From assembly GCA_963541275.1 (NCBI GenBank), contig CAUTSC010000001.1, positions 329,879 through 393,878 of the forward strand: 64,000 nt of DNA. The letters run 5' to 3'. The notes below the pieces were generated by a model. It was not told the DNA's origin, did no database searches, and worked only from the letters and a program-made list of their open reading frames with translations. A program made the translations under genes and the position numbers. The stretch comes from an uncultured Pseudomonadota bacterium. Its GTDB lineage: Bacteria; Pseudomonadota; Alphaproteobacteria; Rs-D84; CACZYB01. This document shows positions 46,982-57,693 of this stretch, in pieces. Position 1 is the stretch's first letter, and each line of letters begins with the position of its first letter.

Positions 46982-47466
46982 TGATGTGGTGGGGATTTTT
47001 TATTATTTTATTTTTTAATTATAATATTTATAAAAAAGAGCAAATAAAGAAAAGCAAAGATATTGTTTTATTGGAACTTGCACCTGTGGATCCAAGATCC
47101 TTGATGCAAGGTGATTATATGAGATTAAATTATGCAATAACAAATGACAGCAAAATTAAACTTAATTTAAAATCAAGAAAAGATGGTAAAATAGTTATTG
47201 CTCCAGATAAAAATAATGTGGCACAATTTATAAAAATTTATGAAGGAGAACAGTTAAAAGCAGGAGAAAAATTATTATCCTATTACAGAAATTATCACAG
47301 AATTAAAATTGTTCCAAATAGTTTTATGTTTCAAGAAGGACACGGAAAATTCTATGATAAAGCAAAATATGCAATATTTAAATTTAACTCAGATGGAAAA
47401 TATTTATTAACTGGTCTTGCCGATAAAGATGGAAAAGAAATAATTCCAACGGATAACAGCAAATAA
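46966..47466 (+). CDS. GDYXXLXY-motif protein
   Basis: An N-terminal TM anchor, then ...DPRSLMQGDYMRLNYAITND..., which matches GDYxxLxY exactly. Confidence 0.7.
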   Translation: MHKKIMMWWGFFIILFFNYNIYKKEQIKKSKDIVLLELAPVDPRSLMQGDYMRLNYAITNDSKIKLNLKSRKDGKIVIAPDKNNVAQFIKIYEGEQLKAGEKLLSYYRNYHRIKIVPNSFMFQEGHGKFYDKAKYAIFKFNSDGKYLLTGLADKDGKEIIPTDNSK

Positions 47467-47471
47467 AAATT

Positions 47472-48200
47472 TTATCTAGTTTTTGTTAGCTTATATCTTG
47501 CAAGTACATTTACCATATCACTATGTAAAACTTGCCTAGTTATTTTTTGTTGTTCAGTTATTAATTTTGCAAGAAGTATTTTTTTTGCGATATGAGCGAT
47601 TTTAGCATTCTTATTTTCTTTTAACTTATCTTGATTTATTTTTTCTTCATCATAAAAGTTAACAAGTAAGTAAGGATTCTCTTTACTTCTAAAATCAATA
47701 ACGAAAGGAGCAAAACCTTGATTAACAAGGAGAGCATTTGCAACTAAAACAGCAGTTTTTTTATTATCATAATCAAAAAATTGGGACTTTGCTATATCTA
47801 AACACAATTCTAACTCTCTTATACCAACATTTTTACTAGATTTATAATCGTTAGACAAGTCCATAAACACATTTGATAATTGATAAACTTTATATCCTGT
47901 CCATTTTGTTCTATCAATTGTAATATTCCTTTCTCTAAATTTCCATGCAGTTGCCCTATTATACATAGAAACCATACAATGTATTTTACAAACTTCATCT
48001 TGAGATAGAAAAAATTTATTTTTCAAAACTTTTTCAATAATATATTCTTTTACTTGTTCTATTAAATTTTCCTTTTCCTTTCCTTCACCAAAAGAAAGAA
48101 TTTTGGAAAACTCCTTAAAATCTTGCAATGTTTTTACAGCTTTATTTTTACCTATTTTTAATAATTTTTCTTCTGTTTCAATTATATTCATACTTTTCAA
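47472..48200 (-). CDS. hypothetical protein with degenerate Fic/Doc-like core
   Basis: QFFDYDNKKTAVLVANALLVNQGFAPFVI aligns with the Fic core HPFxDGNGRTARLLxNxxLxxxGYPPxxI, but lacks the catalytic His and GNGR. Confidence 0.3.
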   Translation of the reverse strand: MKSMNIIETEEKLLKIGKNKAVKTLQDFKEFSKILSFGEGKEKENLIEQVKEYIIEKVLKNKFFLSQDEVCKIHCMVSMYNRATAWKFRERNITIDRTKWTGYKVYQLSNVFMDLSNDYKSSKNVGIRELELCLDIAKSQFFDYDNKKTAVLVANALLVNQGFAPFVIDFRSKENPYLLVNFYDEEKINQDKLKENKNAKIAHIAKKILLAKLITEQQKITRQVLHSDMVNVLARYKLTKTR

Positions 48201-48356
48201 TCCTTAAAATATGGGAAAGATAAAAAATATTTTACCTAAAATCAATAAGAATTTGCCTTATAGTATTGAAATTATAAAAATAATTACTATATAAAAGAAA
48301 ATTGACATATATATTATGTTTTGATAGTTTATTTTTATATCAAAGGAAATTTTATC

Positions 48357-50909
48357 ATGAATGAAATAATAGCAGATTCTAAGACAGAAATAGTTGAAGA
48401 TATTATTATTAAAGAGCAAGATAATAATCAAACTTACCCTCAAGAAAAGGTGAATTATTGTTTATTACCACTTCGTGATTTGGTTGTATTTCCTGGTATG
48501 GTTATTCCAATTTTTGTTGGTCGTGGCAAATCAATTGCAACAATACAAGAAGCAATGAAAAGAAATAAAGAAATTGTTCTTGTCGCTCAAAAAGATTCCA
48601 ATGTTAATTTCCCAAAAGAAACAGATTTATTTACAATTGGTGTAAAAGCAAACATTGTTCAAATGGTAAGATTGCAAGATAATACCGTGAAAATATTGGT
48701 AGAGGCAAAATATAAAGTAAAAATTTCAGATTTTGTAAATTCTAAACCTTTTTGGGAGGTTATGGCAGAAACTATTCCAGAAATAAAAGATAATTGGGTG
48801 GAAGAAGAGATTGAACCACTTTTAAAATCAGTAAGACACAGCTTTATAAGATATTTAAAATTAAACAGAGATTTTTTTATAGATAACATTTCTGGTATAG
48901 ATAAAATCACAAATCCAATTATATTGATAGATACCATTATAATGGGTATGAATGTAAAAATTGAAAAAAAACAAGAAGTTTTAGAAACCAATACATTAAA
49001 AGAAAAATTGGAAAAACTTTATTTAATGATAGAAACAGAACTTGATTTTTTAAAAATGGACAGAAAAATCAGACAAAAAGTTAAAAAAAATATAGATAAG
49101 ACACAAAAAGATTTTTATTTGCAAGAACAAATGAAAGTAATAAGAAAAGAATTGGGTGATGATGAAAACGAATATGAAGATGTTGAAAGTTATAAATCAA
49201 AAATTGAAAAGGCGGGATTATCAAAGGAGGCATATGTAAAGGCAAAAGCAGAAGTTAAAAAATTATCCAATATCTCATCTCATTATCCAGAATACAATTT
49301 AATTTGTAATTGGCTTGATACAATTTTGGAACTTCCTTGGAAAAAATCAACCGAGCTTACAACAACTTTACTAGAGGCAGAAAAAAAATTAAATCAAGCT
49401 CATTATGGACTTGAAAAAATAAAGGACAGAATACTTGAATTTTTGGCAGTTCAAAAAAGGGTAGGTACAAACAAAGGAACAATACTTTGTTTTATGGGAC
49501 CTCCTGGGGTTGGTAAAACATCTCTTGGTCGTGCAATAGCAACAAGTACAGGCAGAGTTTTTGAAAAAATATCTCTTGGTGGTGTATATGATGAAGCAGA
49601 AATCAGGGGACATAGAAAAACGTATATTGGTGCAATGTGTGGAAAAATTATTTCAACAATCAAAAAAGCAGGTGTAAATAATCCTATAATAATGCTTGAT
49701 GAAATTGACAAATTAAGTTCAAACTTTCATGGTGATCCAGCAAGTGCATTATTGGAAGTTTTGGATCCTGAACAAAATACTAATTTTAACGATCATTATT
49801 TAGATTTAGATTTTGATCTTTCAAATGTGATGTTTATTGCAACATCAAATTCATATAATATTCCAAGACCTTTACTAGATCGTATGGAAGTTATTGAAAT
49901 TTCTGGTTATACAGAAAATGAAAAAATTGAAATAACAAAACAACACATAATTCCAAAATTATTTACAAAAAATGGAATAAGTAAAGATGAATTGCTAATA
50001 AAAGATAGCGCAATCACAGATATAATAAGATATTATACAAAAGAATCTGGTGTTCGTGGTCTTGAAAGAGCAATAGATAAGTTAATCCGTAAAGTAATAA
50101 GAAAGATAGTAGAAAATGAAAAACCAGATGATAGTTCTTTATTTTCATTAACAGCAGAAAAAAGTGAAGAAGCGAAAGAAAAAGATAAAGTTATAATCAC
50201 AACGGAAAATTTAAAAGATTATTTGGGTGTTCCAAGATTTGATTTCGGTAAAATTGAAAAACAAGATTCCGTTGGTACAATAACAGGTCTTGCATGGACG
50301 GAAGTTGGTGGTGAATTATTATCAATTGAATCTGTTGTTATGGCTGGAACTGGTAAATCTGTATTTACTGGAAAACTTGGTGATGTAATGAAAGAATCAA
50401 TTGAAACAGCAAAATCTTTTGTAAGAAGTAAATCAACAGAATTTGGTATTAACCCAGAAATATGGGATAAAATTGACATACATATACATGTGCCAGAGGG
50501 GGCAACTCCAAAGGATGGACCATCCGCTGGTCTTGCTATGATGACATCTATTGTTTCAACTCTTACAAATATTCCTGTACATAAGGATGTTGCAATGACT
50601 GGTGAAATAACTCTTCGTGGAAATGCTCTTACAATTGGTGGTTTAAAAGAAAAACTGCTTGCTGCAATTCGTGGTGGTATAAAAACAGTTATAATTCCAC
50701 AAGATAATGTAAAAGATTTAGAGGAAATGCCAGAAATAATTGGAAAATCTTTAAACATAATTCCTGTTTCAACTGCAATGGAAGTTTTAAAAATTGCCCT
50801 TATAAAAGATTTTACTCCTATTGAAACAAACGGAGATTTTTTTGAAAATATCTTACAAGCATCTAAACTAAAAGAAGAAAGAATGTTTGGACTTCGTTCT
50901 ATGTCCTAA
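48357..50909 (+). CDS. lon: ATP-dependent Lon protease
   Basis: A LON N-domain, an AAA+ Walker A (GPPGVGKTS), and the protease Ser-Lys dyad (PKDGPSAGLAM...K). The start is chosen at MNEIIADSK. Confidence 0.95.
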   Translation: MNEIIADSKTEIVEDIIIKEQDNNQTYPQEKVNYCLLPLRDLVVFPGMVIPIFVGRGKSIATIQEAMKRNKEIVLVAQKDSNVNFPKETDLFTIGVKANIVQMVRLQDNTVKILVEAKYKVKISDFVNSKPFWEVMAETIPEIKDNWVEEEIEPLLKSVRHSFIRYLKLNRDFFIDNISGIDKITNPIILIDTIIMGMNVKIEKKQEVLETNTLKEKLEKLYLMIETELDFLKMDRKIRQKVKKNIDKTQKDFYLQEQMKVIRKELGDDENEYEDVESYKSKIEKAGLSKEAYVKAKAEVKKLSNISSHYPEYNLICNWLDTILELPWKKSTELTTTLLEAEKKLNQAHYGLEKIKDRILEFLAVQKRVGTNKGTILCFMGPPGVGKTSLGRAIATSTGRVFEKISLGGVYDEAEIRGHRKTYIGAMCGKIISTIKKAGVNNPIIMLDEIDKLSSNFHGDPASALLEVLDPEQNTNFNDHYLDLDFDLSNVMFIATSNSYNIPRPLLDRMEVIEISGYTENEKIEITKQHIIPKLFTKNGISKDELLIKDSAITDIIRYYTKESGVRGLERAIDKLIRKVIRKIVENEKPDDSSLFSLTAEKSEEAKEKDKVIITTENLKDYLGVPRFDFGKIEKQDSVGTITGLAWTEVGGELLSIESVVMAGTGKSVFTGKLGDVMKESIETAKSFVRSKSTEFGINPEIWDKIDIHIHVPEGATPKDGPSAGLAMMTSIVSTLTNIPVHKDVAMTGEITLRGNALTIGGLKEKLLAAIRGGIKTVIIPQDNVKDLEEMPEIIGKSLNIIPVSTAMEVLKIALIKDFTPIETNGDFFENILQASKLKEERMFGLRSMS

Positions 50910-50980
50910 GGTATTAAAATCTGCTGGTAAATATTTACATTTTGTGATAATCTATTCTTGTTATTATTTACAGGAAAGGT

Positions 50981-52246
50981 ATGTTTTTCAAAAAATATGA
51001 ATTGATGATTGCTTGGCGATATCTTAAATCAAAAAGAAAAGATGGTTTTATTTCTGTAATCTCATTTTTATCTTTTATAGGTATCACTCTTGGTGTTGCA
51101 ACTTTGATTGTTGTTATGTCTGTTATGAATGGATTTCGTGAGGAAATGTTGTCTAAAATCTTGGGGATGAACGGACATATAACAATTTTATCAAAATATG
51201 CTGGTAAAAATATCACAAATCATAAACAGCTTGCAAATAAAATTGAAAATATAACAGAAATTAAAGATAAAATAATTTCAAATGTTCCATCAATTGAAAT
51301 GCAAGTTATGGGTTCTAGTAATAATAATTCTTATGGAATTATGGTTCGTGGAGTTGAGTTTGATGATATAAAAAAAATAAAACCTCTTTTTGAAAGTATA
51401 AAAACAACAATAGATAAAAATAAATTTAATTCTGGTGAAATTATAGTAGGTGAAAGCCTTGCAAAAAAAATGGGTGTATGGATAGGTGATGAAATAACAA
51501 TTGCAACCGCAAAAGGAAATATCACTGCATTTGGTACAATTCCACGAATAAAATCTTATACAATTGTTGATGTATTTAAAACAGGAATGTCATCTTATGA
51601 TGCCAATTATATTTACATGAGTTTAAATGAAGCACAAATGTTTTTTAACATGAAGGGTCAAATTGAATTTATAGAAATATTTTTGCAAAATCCAGATATA
51701 GCAGTCAAAATGACAGAAGTATTAAATAAAAATTTAAGTGATTTATATATTGCAACCAACTGGAAAAATCAAAATTCTTCTTTTGTCTCAGCTCTTGATG
51801 TTGAACGTAATGTGATGTTTTTGATTTTGTCCCTTATAATTCTTATTGCATCATTTAATATTGTTTCAAGTTTGGTAATGCTTGTCAAAGATAAATCTTT
51901 TGATATTGCAATACTTCGTACAATTGGCGCGACAAAAACAAGTATAATGAAAATATTTTTACTTTCGGGTGGAATAATAGGTTTTGTTGGAACAATAAGT
52001 GGTGGAATATTGGGTTTAATTGTAAGTTATAATATAGAGGATATAAGGCAATTTTTACAAAAAATTCTTGGTAAAGAATTGTTTTCAAGTGATGTTTATT
52101 TTCTATCAACTTTACCATCAAAAATAGATTATGTTGAATTTTTTTGGGTTATTGTGTCTTCATTTATAATATCTTTGCTTGCAACAATTTATCCATCAAA
52201 AAAAGCTTCAAAACAAGAACCAGTAAATGTTTTAAGGTATGAATAA
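50981..52246 (+). CDS. lolE: lipoprotein-releasing system permease LolC/E
   Basis: The FtsX/MacB-like topology: TM1, a large periplasmic domain, then 3 TM segments. It is adjacent to lolD. Confidence 0.8.
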   Translation: MFFKKYELMIAWRYLKSKRKDGFISVISFLSFIGITLGVATLIVVMSVMNGFREEMLSKILGMNGHITILSKYAGKNITNHKQLANKIENITEIKDKIISNVPSIEMQVMGSSNNNSYGIMVRGVEFDDIKKIKPLFESIKTTIDKNKFNSGEIIVGESLAKKMGVWIGDEITIATAKGNITAFGTIPRIKSYTIVDVFKTGMSSYDANYIYMSLNEAQMFFNMKGQIEFIEIFLQNPDIAVKMTEVLNKNLSDLYIATNWKNQNSSFVSALDVERNVMFLILSLIILIASFNIVSSLVMLVKDKSFDIAILRTIGATKTSIMKIFLLSGGIIGFVGTISGGILGLIVSYNIEDIRQFLQKILGKELFSSDVYFLSTLPSKIDYVEFFWVIVSSFIISLLATIYPSKKASKQEPVNVLRYE

Positions 52247-52988
52247 AATGGTTTTAAGTTTACAAAATATTTTTAAATCTTATGGATTTAACAATAATAA
52301 AATTGATATTTTACAAGGTTGCAATCTGGATATAAAAGAACAAGAAATGGTGGCTCTTATCGGGCCATCAGGAAGTGGTAAATCTACACTTTTATATACG
52401 GCTGGTCTTCTTGATACGTTTGAAAGTGGTGAAGTTGTCATTTATAACAAAAAAACAAAAAATTTAACAGATAGTGAAAAAACAAAATTAAGACTTAATA
52501 ATATTGGTTTTATTTATCAACAACATAATTTATTTGCAGATTTTACTGCACTTGAAAATGTAATGTTGCCAATGATTATAAAAGGAGAAAAAAAAGAAAT
52601 TGCAATTCAAAAAGCAACAGAAAAATTAAAACTTATGGAGCTTGGGACAAGAATAAATCACAGACCAGCAGAGTTATCAGGGGGAGAACAGCAACGAGTT
52701 GCAATAGCACGAAGTCTTGCCAACAATCCAAAATTATTGTTAGGTGATGAACCAACTGGAAATCTTGATCCATATAATGCAGAACTTGTTTTACATTTAC
52801 TTTTAAATCTGGTTCGTGATACAAAAATAACAGCCCTTATTGCAACGCATAATCCATATCTTGCATCTCAAATGACCAGAAAAATTGCACTAGTATCTGG
52901 AAAATTATATGATCTTGAAAAGGAAGAAGATGTAAAATTTTTAAAAACAAATGAAACAGGAAAAAAGATTTTAAAATCATTTAGCTAG
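52239..52988 (+). CDS. lolD: lipoprotein-releasing system ATP-binding protein LolD
   Basis: GPSGSGKST, LSGGEQQRVAIARSL and LLLGDEPTGNLD. Confidence 0.8.
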   Translation: MNKMVLSLQNIFKSYGFNNNKIDILQGCNLDIKEQEMVALIGPSGSGKSTLLYTAGLLDTFESGEVVIYNKKTKNLTDSEKTKLRLNNIGFIYQQHNLFADFTALENVMLPMIIKGEKKEIAIQKATEKLKLMELGTRINHRPAELSGGEQQRVAIARSLANNPKLLLGDEPTGNLDPYNAELVLHLLLNLVRDTKITALIATHNPYLASQMTRKIALVSGKLYDLEKEEDVKFLKTNETGKKILKSFS

Positions 52989-52998
52989 GAGAGTAAAA

Positions 52999-54642
52999 AT
53001 GAATTTTCAAAACACAAGTACTTATAATCAACTTAAAAAGGAACAAGAATTTTTAAGTGATACCTATATAAAAGATTTATTTAAAAATGATAATGAAAGA
53101 TTTTCAAAATTTTCAAAAAGTTATAAAGACATAGTTTTTGATTTTTCAAAAAATTTAATAACTGAAAAAATTTTAAATCTGCTTATTAAAACATTGGAAC
53201 AACTTAATTTACAAGAAAAAATCAAAGATATGTTCCAAGGTGTAAAAATAAATATAACTGAAAAACGAGCTGTTTTACATACTCTTTTAAGAAGTAATGA
53301 AACAAGTTTTATTTTTGATGGTAAAGATATAAAAAAAGAAATAGATACAACAAAAAATAATATTTTTGAATTTGCAGAAAAAATAAGAAATGGAGAATTT
53401 AAAGGTCATACAGGTAAAAGAATTTTGGATGTTGTAAATATTGGAATAGGGGGCAGTTATCTTGGACCTTTAATGGCAATAGAAGCTTTGAAATATTATA
53501 AAACTCCACTTATTAACTTTCATTTTGTATCAAATGTTGATGCTACTGATATTATGGAAGTATTAAAAAAAGTTTCACCAGAAACAACATTATTTATAGT
53601 GGCAAGTAAAACTTTTACAACTGATGAAACTATGACTAATGCAATAACTGCAAAAAATTGGTTAGTTGATAAATTGGGACTTGAAGCTGTAAGTGATCAT
53701 TTTTGTGCTGTAAGCTCTGCACCAATTCTTGCAGTACAATTTGGAATAAAAAAAGAAAATGTTTTTGGATTTGGTGATTATGTTGGTGGACGTTATTCTT
53801 TGTGGGGTCCAATTGGACTTCCGGTTATCATAAGTATTGGAGCAAAATTATTTCAAAATTTTTTGGATGGTACAAACGATGCTGATATCCATTTTAAAAA
53901 TACAGAATTTAAAGATAATATTCCTGTTTTAATGGCTCTTATTTCTGTATGGAATATAAATTTTCTTAAAAATACGACATCTGCAATTTTGCCATATGAT
54001 AATTATTTAAAATATTTACCACTTTATTTACAACAACTTGTTATGGAAAGTAATGGTAAATCAACAGATATAAATGGAAATAAAATAGATTATAAAACAT
54101 CAGCTGTTGTTTTTGGAGAAATAGGGACAAATTCACAACATTCTTTTTATCAGCTATTGCACCAAGGAACAGAAAAAGTTTTATGTGATTTTATTTTGCC
54201 TATTATTTCATTTAACGAGACAGGCGACCATCAACAAAAATTGCTGGCAAATGGTGTTGCACAAACTGAAGCACTTTTAAATGGTAAGACCAAAATGGAA
54301 GTAATAGAAGAGTTAAAACTACAAAAAATTTCAGTGGCAGAAATAGAAAAAATAGTTAATTTTAAAATGTTTGAAGGAAACAGACCATCAAACACTTTTT
54401 TAATAAAAAAAATAACACCTTATAATCTCGGTATGTTAATTGCTTTTTATGAACATAAAACATTTGTTGAAGGTGTATTTTGGAACATAAATTCTTTTGA
54501 TCAATTTGGTGTAGAACTTGGCAAACAACTTGCAAAGCGAGTTTATAAAGATATAACAAATACAGAAGATAATTTAATAAATGAATATGATAATTCAACT
54601 GCCAGTCTTATTAAAATCATAAAAGATATAAGAAAAGTTTAA
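52999..54642 (+). CDS. pgi: glucose-6-phosphate isomerase
   Basis: DFSKN, ITEKRAVLHTLLR, GIGGSYLGP, and sugar-isomerase signature regions; 547 aa. Confidence 0.9.
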   Translation: MNFQNTSTYNQLKKEQEFLSDTYIKDLFKNDNERFSKFSKSYKDIVFDFSKNLITEKILNLLIKTLEQLNLQEKIKDMFQGVKINITEKRAVLHTLLRSNETSFIFDGKDIKKEIDTTKNNIFEFAEKIRNGEFKGHTGKRILDVVNIGIGGSYLGPLMAIEALKYYKTPLINFHFVSNVDATDIMEVLKKVSPETTLFIVASKTFTTDETMTNAITAKNWLVDKLGLEAVSDHFCAVSSAPILAVQFGIKKENVFGFGDYVGGRYSLWGPIGLPVIISIGAKLFQNFLDGTNDADIHFKNTEFKDNIPVLMALISVWNINFLKNTTSAILPYDNYLKYLPLYLQQLVMESNGKSTDINGNKIDYKTSAVVFGEIGTNSQHSFYQLLHQGTEKVLCDFILPIISFNETGDHQQKLLANGVAQTEALLNGKTKMEVIEELKLQKISVAEIEKIVNFKMFEGNRPSNTFLIKKITPYNLGMLIAFYEHKTFVEGVFWNINSFDQFGVELGKQLAKRVYKDITNTEDNLINEYDNSTASLIKIIKDIRKV

Positions 54643-54699
54643 GATTGTATAAGAAATATAAAATTGCTATAACTTTTTATATATAAAGAAAGAATAATT

Positions 54700-57678
54700 A
54701 TGGCTCAAGTTTTTAATATATCTCCAAGATTTCCATTTTTAGAAGTGTTGGCAGAGTATATTTTAAAGACTGCTTTACAGCAAAATATAAATATTGCAGA
54801 TGATATAATTTTACTTCCAACTCGTCGTTCATGCCGTCATTTAAAAGAAATATTTTTAAAATTAAATGATTTTAAACCATTGATGCTTCCAAAAATTATT
54901 CCTCTCGGTGATATGGATGAAGATGAAATATCAATTACTGATTTTGAAAATAATGATTTATTTGATGATTTACCAGAAACTATTTCGAAACTTGAAAGGA
55001 CCCTTGTTTTATCAAAATTTATAAAAGAATCAAATTATCTTGATAATGATAAACAAAAAATAACTGATGAACAAATTTATTCTTTGGCTGATAATTTAAC
55101 CCACCTTATGGATATGGTTGAAATGGAAGAGTTAGATTTTAAAAATCTCTCCTCAATTGTTCCAGATGAATATGCAGCAAATTGGCAAGAGACATTAAAA
55201 TTTTTAAAAATCATAACAGATATTTATCCACAATTTTTAAAAACAATTCACAAAATAAATCCAGTTGAAAAAAAGGTCAAGTTAATAAGAAAGCAAGTTA
55301 ATATATGGAACAATAATAAATATCAAGGACGTATTTTTGCAGCTGGATCTACGGGGTCAATGATACCTATTTCTTACATGTTGCAAAATATTGCAAGGTT
55401 GAAAAATGGTTTTTTAATTTTACCGGGACTTGATAAAAACTTAACACAAAAAGATATAGAATTTTTAACATCAACAAATAATTTAAATCAAAGCCATCCA
55501 CAATATAATATTGTAAATCTTATTTCTAAACTTAACTTACTGCCAAATGATATTCCTGAATTGCCACTTTTTAAAGATTATAAAATTGCAAGTAAAGATA
55601 GAGAGTTTTTTGCAACAAAAATAATGGCACAAACAGAAATGAATAATAATTTAACAATAAAACAAAATTTTACAGATGATGTTTTAAATGGAGTGTCAAT
55701 TATTAAATCATATAAACAACAAGATGAGAGTTTTGCCATTTCTTGTTTTTTAAGGATAGTTGTTGAAGAAAATAAAACAGCAATAGTAATAACTCCAGAT
55801 AAAAATCTTGCAAAGTTTATAAAAGCAGATTTATTAAAATGGAATATAAAAGTTGACGATTCTGCTGGTATAACAGGTATAGATACAATAACAGGAAATT
55901 ATTTTGTATTAGTTTTAAAAATGATACAGAAAAATTTTTCACCATATAATTTATTGGAAGTTTTAAAACATCCATACACAAAAGTGGGTTATAATAAAGA
56001 AATTTTAAATAATATTGTAAAAGATTTAGAAAGCATTTTACGTGGTATTTATGAACCAAAAAGTTTGTTGGAAATAATAGATAAATCTTTTGAATATCCA
56101 GATGTTCAAGAAATGTTAAGAAAACTTGGCAATTTAACAAGTGGATTTACAGAAATTTTAAAATACGAGAAAACATATCATTTACAGGAATTGTTAACAA
56201 AACATATAAAGTTAGTTGAAAGTTTTGTTTTTGAAAATGATAATACAGATATTGAAAAAACACTTTACAATACAGATTATGATGCACAACTAGCAGATGA
56301 ATTGTCAAATATTTTGACTGAATTTACAAAAATAGAAAAAGAATATAAACAAATGCCAATTGATATAATAAGAGGCATTTCATATTTTTCTTTTATAATA
56401 AAATTATTAAATTCAATATCACTTCGTCCACGAGAAAAATTAAATCCAAATATAATTATAACCAACTCAATAGAAGCAAGATTATTATCCGCAGATTATT
56501 ATATCATGGCTGGTTTAAATGAAGGAATTTTTCCAAAACAAACTTCGGAAGATCCATGGATGAACAGAAGCATGAAAAAAGAATTTAAATTGCCACTTCC
56601 AGAAAAAAAGATAGGTTTATCTGGACATGATTTTACAGAGTTTTTTTGTAAGCCAAATGTGATTTTAACTTATTCTGAAACAATAGATGGAAAACCAGTT
56701 ATGATGGCAAGATGGCTTAATAAACTGGATGCAATAAAAGAAATAAATAACATTCATTTTGAAAATCCGTTAGAAGATAAAATTGAAGTTTGGAAAGATT
56801 ATTTTTATAATAAGTCAGCTAAAATTTTTGAACGTGCAAGATTTAATCCCAAGGGTAATGATGTTTTCCCAAAAAAATTATCTGCAACAAATATTGAAAC
56901 TTGGTATCAAGATCCATACAGCATTTTTGCAAAAAAAATTTTAAAACTAAACAAACTTGATGAAATAAATCAAATTAAAAATAGTGAGTTTGGAAATATT
57001 ATTCATGAAGGAATAAAAAATTTTGAAGAGAAAAAAAAATCAACACAGGAAGAATTATATAATATATTTATTTTGCGATCTGTTAAATTTTCAAACCTTT
57101 TAAGTTTTAATTTTTGGAAAATAAAATTCAAAGATATCGCAAAATATTATATTGATTTTAAAAATTCTATAAAAGATGAAGTTAAAAAAACTTATGTGGA
57201 AATAGAGGGTTGTTGGAAAATTCCTGATACAAATATTACTATCACCGCCAAAGCAGACAGAATAGATATTTTAAATGATGGTACAGCAATAATTTATGAT
57301 TTTAAAACTGGTGAATTTCCATCAAAAAAAGATGTTGAAAGTGGATATTATCCACAACTTTTAATAGAAGCTTTAATATTAAAACATGATGGATTTAAAG
57401 GGATAGAAAAAATCAAGGTTTCAAACATAAAATATATAAAATTGGCATTGTTATCAGCATGTGAAATAACAAATGCAATAAATTCTAAAACTTCACTGGA
57501 TGATCTGTTGCAAGAAACAGAAATAAATCTTATAAAAACAGTTAAATTATTTGAAAATAACAATCAAGAATATGTATCTTATCCTAATCCAGATATTGTT
57601 GGTGATAATATAAAAAAATATGGTGAATATAATCATCTGGCAAGAGTGGATGATTGGTTAGTATTGGATGATGAATAA
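54700..57678 (+). CDS. addB: double-strand break repair protein AddB (alphaproteobacterial type, C-terminal RecB-family nuclease)
   Basis: A 992-aa protein. The N-terminus is ISPRFPFLEVLAEYIL. It has a degenerate helicase-like region. The C-terminal nuclease motif is AKADRIDIL...IIYDFKTG. Confidence 0.7.
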   Translation: MAQVFNISPRFPFLEVLAEYILKTALQQNINIADDIILLPTRRSCRHLKEIFLKLNDFKPLMLPKIIPLGDMDEDEISITDFENNDLFDDLPETISKLERTLVLSKFIKESNYLDNDKQKITDEQIYSLADNLTHLMDMVEMEELDFKNLSSIVPDEYAANWQETLKFLKIITDIYPQFLKTIHKINPVEKKVKLIRKQVNIWNNNKYQGRIFAAGSTGSMIPISYMLQNIARLKNGFLILPGLDKNLTQKDIEFLTSTNNLNQSHPQYNIVNLISKLNLLPNDIPELPLFKDYKIASKDREFFATKIMAQTEMNNNLTIKQNFTDDVLNGVSIIKSYKQQDESFAISCFLRIVVEENKTAIVITPDKNLAKFIKADLLKWNIKVDDSAGITGIDTITGNYFVLVLKMIQKNFSPYNLLEVLKHPYTKVGYNKEILNNIVKDLESILRGIYEPKSLLEIIDKSFEYPDVQEMLRKLGNLTSGFTEILKYEKTYHLQELLTKHIKLVESFVFENDNTDIEKTLYNTDYDAQLADELSNILTEFTKIEKEYKQMPIDIIRGISYFSFIIKLLNSISLRPREKLNPNIIITNSIEARLLSADYYIMAGLNEGIFPKQTSEDPWMNRSMKKEFKLPLPEKKIGLSGHDFTEFFCKPNVILTYSETIDGKPVMMARWLNKLDAIKEINNIHFENPLEDKIEVWKDYFYNKSAKIFERARFNPKGNDVFPKKLSATNIETWYQDPYSIFAKKILKLNKLDEINQIKNSEFGNIIHEGIKNFEEKKKSTQEELYNIFILRSVKFSNLLSFNFWKIKFKDIAKYYIDFKNSIKDEVKKTYVEIEGCWKIPDTNITITAKADRIDILNDGTAIIYDFKTGEFPSKKDVESGYYPQLLIEALILKHDGFKGIEKIKVSNIKYIKLALLSACEITNAINSKTSLDDLLQETEINLIKTVKLFENNNQEYVSYPNPDIVGDNIKKYGEYNHLARVDDWLVLDDE

Positions 57679-57693
57679 AAAAAAAGGAAAATA

